In this document: positions 36,749 to 43,707 of the stretch, piece after piece
How the letters are laid out: every line of letters starts with the position of its first letter
How positions within the stretch are numbered: the first letter of the stretch is position 1
Assembly (NCBI GenBank): GCA_946630615.1
Contig: CAMOYX010000001.1
Span: 1-43,707 of the forward strand
Direction of reading: 5' to 3'
Length of the DNA stretch: 43,707 bases
DNA from: an uncultured Mycoplasmatota bacterium
GTDB taxonomy: Bacteria; Bacillota_I; Bacilli_A; RF39; UBA660
Translations under genes and position numbers: made by a program
Notes under the pieces: model-generated
What the model was told of the DNA's origin: nothing
Database searches by the model: none
Seen by the model: only the letters and a program-made list of their open reading frames with translations

Positions 36749-37543
36749 TTAAACGTGATAAATTTTTGAACGTTTAGTAATTACGATTGTAGCTACAGCT
36801 ACTACTAATGCAGAAGCAATAATGGCTACTGGTAAGTAAGATCCTGTTTCAGGATTTTCAGCTTTTGTACAATTTGCATTGTAGTCAGCTTCAGTAGTTA
36901 CATTACCATTAGCATCGTAGTATACTTTTTGTCCGTCTTTACCAGTTTCAACTTTACAAGTACTTACTTTAGCTTCACATTGTTCTTCGAACATTTCTTG
37001 AGTACAATTACTTCCATCTTTACAATAGTATGCACCTGTTGATGTTTTAGAACATGCTGGGCTTAATTCTAAAGAACAGTCACCTGTAGCAGTTGTTGAA
37101 GCTTGATATGTTATTGTAGCAATTTGGTTGTCTTTTGAGTAGCCAGTTGAAGCAGGCATACCAGTTGTACTAGTTAAAGTAACATAGTAATATTTTTTAC
37201 CAGTTGTAGAATCAGTTTTTACAAGCTCAACTGATGAAAGTTTGTAAGATCCAGAACCAACTACGCCTGTTTTAGTATCAATTGAATATCCATTTGAAGT
37301 AACTACAGTAAAACGTGCAGTTTTTAATGATCCTGCGCTTGCACCTTTAACTCCAACATATGCTGTGTACTTTCCTCCAACTGCTGTTAGAGTAATACCA
37401 TTTTGTCCAATTGTAGTTTGAGCATCAGTTGTAGCTTCAGTAATAGCTGCATTAGATCCAAAGATTGTTGCTGCATTAACATTTGTAGCAAATACTAATG
37501 CAAATGCTGCAATTGCTAAAGATAAAAATATTCTTTTCTTCAT
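36749..37543 (-). CDS. Sortase-anchored surface protein (NPETG sorting signal) with a beta-rich domain and a Cys-rich stalk
   Basis: Signal peptide MKKRIFLSLAIAAFALVFATNVNA. C-terminus NPETG, then the hydrophobic segment SYLPVAIIASALVVAVATIVI, then KRSK. Terminator AGAATAGTCTTAAGACTATTCT downstream. Confidence 0.75.
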   Translation of the reverse strand: MKKRIFLSLAIAAFALVFATNVNAATIFGSNAAITEATTDAQTTIGQNGITLTAVGGKYTAYVGVKGASAGSLKTARFTVVTSNGYSIDTKTGVVGSGSYKLSSVELVKTDSTTGKKYYYVTLTSTTGMPASTGYSKDNQIATITYQASTTATGDCSLELSPACSKTSTGAYYCKDGSNCTQEMFEEQCEAKVSTCKVETGKDGQKVYYDANGNVTTEADYNANCTKAENPETGSYLPVAIIASALVVAVATIVITKRSKIYHV

Positions 37544-37652
37544 TTTATACTCTCCTTCTATAATAAAATTATAGCATATATTTTTTTTCTTGCTAGATAT
37601 TTTTACTTAGAATGTAAATTTTGTGATATAGTATTTTTAGAATGATAATAAG

Positions 37653-39287
37653 GTGGTGAAGGATAAATTGAAAAAAATTGTTATTTCTATTCAAGATAAT
37701 TCTTTACTAATTTCTTATAAACATAATCAAATAATAAGAGAAGATCTTATGAACACTAATATTATTTCTAATGAAGAAATTGTTTTTTCTGATGATTATT
37801 TAAAAGAAAATATTAATATTGTACTTCCATTTTTTTATGAATTATGTGAAATGAATAAAATAGATACTTTAGTATTTCAAAGTAATTCTTTAGCTTTATT
37901 CTTATTACCTTATTTTAGAAAAGTTAAAATTGTTAGTATTAAGATTAAGAAGCAAGAAACTTTTTTATATGAAGTATATGAAGAAATATTAAGATTTGGA
38001 ACAGTTAAGTTTTTGGATGTGTTTACTATTCCTAATTATATGTTTGAATTATTAGATAAGAATGGTATAAATGTTACAACTCATTCTGAAGTATTTTATA
38101 TTTCTCCTTTTATGGAAGATAATCATTTAACTATATATTCAAATATGTATTATAAAAAGGATATTAGTATATTTAATGAATTAACAAATGAAGATAAAGA
38201 TGATTTTAATACTTTTTTAAGAGTTAATAGAAAATTAAGATATATTAAGATTATGAAATTTAATATTAATGATATTAAGTTTATATTTGAAATATTAAAT
38301 AAGTATAAATATAAATATGTATTTATAGAAATATATGACAATATTACTAATAATCAAGATATCTTAAAATTAAAAGAATTAAATAAGAAATATAAACATA
38401 AACATATAGAGGTTGGATTAAGATACTCTGAAGAATACATATCAGCTAACTTAATGAAACAAGTTAATATAAATACTTTAAAGTTATCAAGTATTTTATT
38501 AATTTCCATGGTATTTTTAATATTCGGTTATTCTTTATATGAGAATTACTTGAGTTTAACAGTTGTTAACAATATTACTGATAAAGTTAATGAAGTAATA
38601 GAAAAAAGTAACAATAATGATCCAATTGATATTGTTGAAGGATATAATTTTGCAAATAGGCCAATAGTAAATAAATATATTGCTTCCCTACTACAAATTA
38701 ACCAAGATGTAGTTGGATATATTAAAGTTAATAACACAGCTGTAGATTATCCAGTTGTTAAAAGTACTGATAATAACTTTTATTTAAAAAAGAACTTATA
38801 TGGTGAAGATGATAGAAATGGTTGGATATACATGGATTATAGAAATTCTGATAAATATTTATCGGATAACACTATAATATATGGTCATAATATGTACTAC
38901 TCTGGTGTAATGTTTGGTACATTACATAAAGTAATGTATTATAACTGGTACAGTAAACCAGAGAATCAAATAATACAATTTGATACTATGTATGAATCTA
39001 TGAAATGGCAAATATTTTCAATATATACTATTTCAAATACTACAGATTATTTAAGAGTTAACTTTGAAACTGATGAAGAAAAACAAGCTTACTTAGATCA
39101 AGAAGTAAAAAGAAACAGAGTTAAGATTGATACTTCAGTGAGTGTTAAAGATAAGATACTTACTCTATCTACTTGTTCTGGAGATACTGAAAGACTTGTA
39201 ATTCACGCTAAGTTAATTGAAGATAAAAAAGAAGAAACTACTGAAGAGCCAAGTGAAGAGAACATACAAAAAGAAGAAACTAATTAG
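37653..39287 (+). CDS. srtB: Class B sortase with a ~275-aa N-terminal cytoplasmic extension of unknown function
   Basis: C-terminal domain: DVVGYIKVNNTAVDYPVVKS, IIYGHNM (His), LTLSTCS (Cys) and ERLVIHAKL (Arg). The TM segment LKLSSILLISMVFLIFGYSLY lies around residue 280. Start codon uncertain (GTG 37653 or TTG 37665). Confidence 0.8.
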   Translation: MVKDKLKKIVISIQDNSLLISYKHNQIIREDLMNTNIISNEEIVFSDDYLKENINIVLPFFYELCEMNKIDTLVFQSNSLALFLLPYFRKVKIVSIKIKKQETFLYEVYEEILRFGTVKFLDVFTIPNYMFELLDKNGINVTTHSEVFYISPFMEDNHLTIYSNMYYKKDISIFNELTNEDKDDFNTFLRVNRKLRYIKIMKFNINDIKFIFEILNKYKYKYVFIEIYDNITNNQDILKLKELNKKYKHKHIEVGLRYSEEYISANLMKQVNINTLKLSSILLISMVFLIFGYSLYENYLSLTVVNNITDKVNEVIEKSNNNDPIDIVEGYNFANRPIVNKYIASLLQINQDVVGYIKVNNTAVDYPVVKSTDNNFYLKKNLYGEDDRNGWIYMDYRNSDKYLSDNTIIYGHNMYYSGVMFGTLHKVMYYNWYSKPENQIIQFDTMYESMKWQIFSIYTISNTTDYLRVNFETDEEKQAYLDQEVKRNRVKIDTSVSVKDKILTLSTCSGDTERLVIHAKLIEDKKEETTEEPSEENIQKEETN

Positions 39288-39302
39288 TTTCTTCTTTTTG
39301 TA
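39265..39302. repeat. Perfect 38-bp palindrome spanning both convergent stop codons (probable bidirectional terminator)
   Basis: TACAAAAAGAAGAAACTAATTAGTTTCTTCTTTTTGTA checked base by base against its reverse complement. Confidence 0.9.
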
Positions 39303-39654
39303 ATCTCTTTTTTAAGTGTCTTCCATATAATTCATATATTGAATATATTAATGCTACTAGTATTATAAATCCTATTAGTATTTGCCAAATATAATGTATT
39401 TTTAATATAGATATAAATGTTGCTACAAAAGAAATAATAAATGAGTCAAATATACTAATTATAATTATTTCTTTCTTTATATTTAATTTTTTTATGTCTA
39501 TTTTAAATTTATTTTTAATATAAGATAATTCCATGATATCTTTTGTTTTTCTCTTTTTTAATTTATATTTATTAGCTAATAGTATTACTATGAATGCTAG
39601 TATAAATACTACAATAAAAAATATTAGATTAAATATTATTTCTTCTTGGCTCAT
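39280..39654 (-). CDS. Small multi-TM membrane protein
   Basis: 124 aa with three hydrophobic segments. Its 3' end overlaps the sortase gene by 8 nt. Confidence 0.5.
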   Translation of the reverse strand: MSQEEIIFNLIFFIVVFILAFIVILLANKYKLKKRKTKDIMELSYIKNKFKIDIKKLNIKKEIIIISIFDSFIISFVATFISILKIHYIWQILIGFIILVALIYSIYELYGRHLKKRLQKEETN

Positions 39655-39721
39655 ATTATCCCTCTCTATTAATATTATACATCATAAAAAGATGTTTGCA
39701 AAAGCAAGCATCTTTTATGTT

Positions 39722-41344
39722 TTAATTTGTTTTTTCGAATGCTTCCATTAAGCCTGGTAACATTTGTTTTTTTCTACTTACCATGTCTTTGATAAATGTA
39801 CCTTCTTCTAATTCTTCTAGGTCATATGCATCCATTAGGATTTCTTTACTCTTTTCATCAAATAATATGTATGAACCATTTTTAACTATATCTGTTACAA
39901 ATACAGCAATTGTTTTAAAGTTTGTTTTACCTAATTCATTTAATCTAGTAACAAATTCATCTTTCATATTATTAATCTTATCAATATCCATTGTAATTAC
40001 TTGACCAATACCAAATGTGTTATTAGATACTTTAAATGTCTTGAAGTCATTGTAGATAATATCATCAATTGACATACCTTCGATTGAAGAACCAGCTTTT
40101 AATAAATCTAGGCCGTATTCTTCATAGTTTACTTTAGCAATTTTTGATAATTCTTCTACTGCTCTTCTATCCATATCTGTAGTTGTTGGGCTCTTTAAAA
40201 TTAAAGTATCAGATAAAATAGCAGATAACATGATACCAGCAATATTTTGTGGAATTTCAACTTCTTTTTCTTTATATAAGTAATATAGAATTGTAGAAGT
40301 ACAACCAACTGGCATACCACGGAAGTTAATTGGAACGTTAGTACCAATACCACCTAGGTTGTGGTGATCAATTATTTCAACAATGTTTGCTTCATCTAGA
40401 CCAGTTACTGATTGTTCAAAGTTATTGTGGTCAACTAAAATTACATCTTGTTTAGTGTATGATCCAGCATCTGTTAATCTTATTAAACCTTCACATTTAT
40501 CATTTTTATTTACTACTGGATAGTTTGTATGTCCTAGTTTGTTGGCTTCTTGTACGAAGTCTGTTAAGAAGTTTGTATCTTGGAAAACTTTAGGGTTTTT
40601 ATTTAAAGCTATTGTTCTTACATAGTTAGATAAAGCTATTTTAGAACATGTATTATAAGTATCATGTGGAGATGATATTACATTTACTTTGTTTTTCTTT
40701 GCTAATTCTAGTAAGTCACTTTCTAGTTCAATACCATTTGTTATTACTATTAAAGATATTTTAGAATTAATACAATGTTCTAAGATTTTATGTCTATCTC
40801 CAATTATTAGAATATCATTTTTATTGATGTTAGCACGATCAAAGAAAGTTTGACTTTGATATGAACCTGCTAAGATCTTTCCATCAAATTCATCGTCGTA
40901 ATGTAATATTTCTTTTCCGTCTAAAGTTTCTAGTAATAAATTATAGTTTGTACTTAAGTGATCTTTACTATTTTCTACAAATACTTTAGCTATTTCTTTT
41001 AATGAAATAAATGCGTTTAGTTTATTCTTTTCATCTACTATTGGCATACCTGAGCATTTATTTTTATTCATTGAATCTATTACTTCTTTAATAGATGATT
41101 TTTCACTCATCATTACGCCTTTAGCGTAGTTTACATCTCTAATTCTAACTTTAACATTATCTAAGAATTCAGGTTCTTCTATATTAAATGTTTTTAATGC
41201 GTATTGAGCTTCTTTATTTAAGGCTCCAAGTACTCTTGGTTCTGTATGATTACCTAATTTGTTTTCTAAATATGATAGTGCTATTGCTGAGCATGTAGCA
41301 TCTGTATCTGGATTTCTATGTCCAAAGATATATGTTTTTCTCAT
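39722..41344 (-). CDS. ppaC: CBS-domain-containing family II (DHH/DHHA2) inorganic pyrophosphatase
   Basis: Start at MRKTYIFGHRNPDTDATCSAIA (ATG 41344). Motifs VDHNNFEQS and IIDHHNLG. A CBS pair is inserted (SGMPIVDEKNKL ..., NYPVVNKNDKCEGLI). DHHA2 motif SDTLILKSPTTT. Confidence 0.85.
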   Translation of the reverse strand: MRKTYIFGHRNPDTDATCSAIALSYLENKLGNHTEPRVLGALNKEAQYALKTFNIEEPEFLDNVKVRIRDVNYAKGVMMSEKSSIKEVIDSMNKNKCSGMPIVDEKNKLNAFISLKEIAKVFVENSKDHLSTNYNLLLETLDGKEILHYDDEFDGKILAGSYQSQTFFDRANINKNDILIIGDRHKILEHCINSKISLIVITNGIELESDLLELAKKNKVNVISSPHDTYNTCSKIALSNYVRTIALNKNPKVFQDTNFLTDFVQEANKLGHTNYPVVNKNDKCEGLIRLTDAGSYTKQDVILVDHNNFEQSVTGLDEANIVEIIDHHNLGGIGTNVPINFRGMPVGCTSTILYYLYKEKEVEIPQNIAGIMLSAILSDTLILKSPTTTDMDRRAVEELSKIAKVNYEEYGLDLLKAGSSIEGMSIDDIIYNDFKTFKVSNNTFGIGQVITMDIDKINNMKDEFVTRLNELGKTNFKTIAVFVTDIVKNGSYILFDEKSKEILMDAYDLEELEEGTFIKDMVSRKKQMLPGLMEAFEKTN

Positions 41345-41439
41345 ATTATTCCTCTTTTCCTTTTTACAATAACGATAATATAGCACATTTATAGAGTAAA
41401 TAAAAGAAAAGATGTTATTAACATCTTTTCTTTAGTTTA

Positions 41440-41685
41440 TTATTTAAATATTTCTGCTAGTTCATCTAGGGCTTCTTGTACTGTTATAGTTTCAGTTTCT
41501 GATTTTTGATAACTAACTTTAGAAGCTTTTTTGTTATCAGGAAGAGTATCATTTACTATTATACTTTGTTCAGTTCTTTCGTAACTTGAAATAGTATTTA
41601 GGGTACTAGTTATTCCTATTAAAACTAATATTACAAAAGATATTTTAACTATTTCTTTTCCTACTTTGCTTTTTATAATATTCAT
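41440..41685 (-). CDS. Small membrane-anchored hypothetical protein
   Basis: 81 aa with the N-terminal TM segment IVKISFVILVLIGITSTL. Terminator AAGAAAAGATGTT/AACATCTTTTCTT downstream. Confidence 0.45.
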   Translation of the reverse strand: MNIIKSKVGKEIVKISFVILVLIGITSTLNTISSYERTEQSIIVNDTLPDNKKASKVSYQKSETETITVQEALDELAEIFK

Positions 41686-41741
41686 TTCTTTTCTCTACCT
41701 TTCTATAAATATTATATTTATATTTTTAAATAAAGTAAATA

Positions 41742-43697
41742 TTAGTTTTCACTTTTTAGTTCAAATAGTAAATCTCTTAGTTCAATTGCTCTTTCATAGT
41801 CAAATGATTTAGCAGCTTCTAACATTTCTTTTTCTATGTTAGCTATGATAGATTCTTTTTCTTTCTTTGTTAAGTCTTTCTTAGTTTCTTTTTTATCTTC
41901 TTTAATAACGTTAGAGATAACATCTGTAATCTTTTTAGTAACTGTTTTAGGAATAATTCCATGTTCCTTGTTATAAGCCATTTGAATTGTTCTTCTTCTT
42001 TCAGTTTCTTTAATAGCTTTATCCATAGATTCTGAGATAGTATCTGCATACATGATTACATGTCCATTTGCATTTCTTGCTGCTCGTCCTATAGTTTGAA
42101 TTAAACTACGTTCATTTCTTAAGAATCCCTGTTTATCAGCATCCATGATTGCAATTAAAGATACTTCTGGTATATCTATACCTTCTCTTAGTAGGTTTAT
42201 ACCTACTAAGACATCATATACTCCACTTCTTAAGTCATGGATTATTTTTAATCTTTCTAGAGTTTTTATTTCATTATGTAAGTATGCAACTTTAAGACCT
42301 ACTTCTTTTAAATAGTTAGTTAGTTCTTCACTCATACGTATAGTTAGGGTAGTTATTAATGTTCTTTCATTTTTGCTAATTCTTATTCTTATTTCATTTA
42401 TTAGATCATCTATTTGGCCTATAGTAGGTCTTACTTCTATTTCTGGATCTAATAAACCTGTAGGTCTAATTATTTGTTCTACAAATTTATTATTACATTT
42501 TTCTATTTCATAGTCTCCAGGGGTAGCTGATACATATATTATTTGATTAATCTTCTTTTCAAATTCATCAAACTTTAATGGTCTATTATCAAGTGCACTT
42601 GGTAGTCTAAAACCATATTCAACTAAAGTAGTTTTTCTCATTCTGTCCCCATTATACATACCTCTTACTTGAGGAATAGTAACATGAGATTCATCTACAA
42701 ACATAAGAAAGTCTTTTGGAAAGTAATCTATTAAACATGTAGGGGTTTCTCCTTCACCTCTTAGGGCTAGGTGTCTTGAGTAGTTTTCTATACCACGACA
42801 GAAACCTGTTTCTTTTAACATTTCTATGTCATAGTCTGTTCTTTGTTTTAGTCTTTCTTCTTCTAAAAGTTTACCTTTATCGTGTAATTCTTTTACTCTT
42901 TCATCTCTTTCTTTTTCTATTCTTTCAATAGCAATAGCAAGTTTTTCTGGAACTGTAACAAACTGTGATGCTGGTGATATTGTTATAGAAGAAACTTTTT
43001 TTAGAACCTCTCCAGTTACTGGATCAAATTTCTTAATAGAATCTATTTCATCTCCAAAGAATTCTATTCTTATTCCATTTACATGTTCATTTATCGGAAT
43101 GATATCTAGAGTATCACCATGGACTCTGAATGTTCCACGATGGAAATCTATATCATTTCTTTCATATGTCATATCAATTAGTTTTGATATGATATTGTTT
43201 CTTTTAACTTCATCTCCAACTGTTAAAATTAACATGTTTCTTTCATAGTCTTCTTTTTCTCCTATACCATATATACATGATACAGAAGCTATAATTATTA
43301 CATCTTTATAGTTAATAAGTGCAGATGTAGCAGCGTGTCTTAACTCATCTATTTCATCATTTATAGATGAGTCTTTTTCTATATAGGTATCTGTTTGAGG
43401 TACATATGCTTCTGGTTGATAGTAATCGTAGTATGAGACAAAGTATTCTACATGGTTATTTGGAAATAGTTCTTTAAACTCTGAGTATAATTGGCCTGCT
43501 AGAGTTTTGTTGTGAGCAAGTATTAATGCTGGTTTATTAGTTTTAGCAATTATGTTTGCCATGGTAAATGTTTTACCTGTACCTGTAGCACCATGTAATA
43601 CTTGATGAACCTTTCCTTCGTTAATACCTTTTACTAATTCTTCTATAGCTTTAGGTTGATCTCCCATTGGTTTATATTTAGATACTAATTCAAACAT
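41742..43697 (-). CDS. uvrB: Excinuclease ABC subunit B
   Basis: Walker A GATGTGKT, helicase motifs, and the C-terminal UVR domain ([21 protein letters not shown]). Confidence 0.97.
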   Translation of the reverse strand: MFELVSKYKPMGDQPKAIEELVKGINEGKVHQVLHGATGTGKTFTMANIIAKTNKPALILAHNKTLAGQLYSEFKELFPNNHVEYFVSYYDYYQPEAYVPQTDTYIEKDSSINDEIDELRHAATSALINYKDVIIIASVSCIYGIGEKEDYERNMLILTVGDEVKRNNIISKLIDMTYERNDIDFHRGTFRVHGDTLDIIPINEHVNGIRIEFFGDEIDSIKKFDPVTGEVLKKVSSITISPASQFVTVPEKLAIAIERIEKERDERVKELHDKGKLLEEERLKQRTDYDIEMLKETGFCRGIENYSRHLALRGEGETPTCLIDYFPKDFLMFVDESHVTIPQVRGMYNGDRMRKTTLVEYGFRLPSALDNRPLKFDEFEKKINQIIYVSATPGDYEIEKCNNKFVEQIIRPTGLLDPEIEVRPTIGQIDDLINEIRIRISKNERTLITTLTIRMSEELTNYLKEVGLKVAYLHNEIKTLERLKIIHDLRSGVYDVLVGINLLREGIDIPEVSLIAIMDADKQGFLRNERSLIQTIGRAARNANGHVIMYADTISESMDKAIKETERRRTIQMAYNKEHGIIPKTVTKKITDVISNVIKEDKKETKKDLTKKEKESIIANIEKEMLEAAKSFDYERAIELRDLLFELKSEN

Positions 43698-43707
43698 GTA
43701 ATGCCTC

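Noticed and set aside
1-43707. Possibility of Mollicutes-type genetic code 4 (TGA = Trp), given the extreme AT content and the DUF285 protein.
   Set aside because: Standard-code translation gives full-length, motif-complete UvrB, PBP1A, RNase Y, RecA, SerS and CysS. Trp is encoded by TGG where seen. A class A PBP and a sortase indicate a walled organism.

Overview
This is a very AT-rich chromosomal segment from a low-GC Firmicutes-type genome, with Bacilli/Erysipelotrichia-like gene order. It uses the standard genetic code: long conserved ORFs such as uvrB, ponA and rny are intact with TGA as a stop codon. All domain and family calls come from motif recognition by eye; no database searches were run.

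Most genes are housekeeping genes on the minus strand:
- serS with a T-box leader, a UPF0154/yneF-like gene, rny and recA
- a PgsA-like gene, a rodZ-like gene, RNase P RNA (rnpB) and gpsB
- divergent recU-ponA, then nth, dnaD and cca
- rpsD, a TrxB-like flavoprotein, and infC-rpmI-rplT with an L20-type leader
- cysS, a P-type ATPase, an SPFH protein, a CBS-domain family II pyrophosphatase and uvrB

Accessory content sits between the trxB-like gene and rplT. It comprises an IS110-family element whose transposase has one in-frame TAA, a DUF285/BspA-type leucine-rich-repeat surface protein, and a gutted IS3-family remnant plus a solo IS3 end.

The most unusual locus is at 1-4284. Five tandem paralogous small envelope proteins share a cysteine-bracketed two-helix membrane module. 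They are followed by a secreted amidase-like/NlpC-P60 peptidoglycan hydrolase that carries the same module at its C-terminus. I cannot assign this set to a characterised system; a VirB2/TrbC-like pilin or other envelope assembly is one hypothesis.

Other oddities:
- a PgsA homolog lacking the catalytic Asp motif
- a TrxR-fold protein without the CxxC
- L20 with a Rho_N-like tail
- a sortase B with a long N-terminal extension next to an NPETG substrate
- a P-type ATPase translationally coupled to Tim44-like/zinc-ribbon proteins
- a perfect 38-bp palindrome spanning two convergent stop codons
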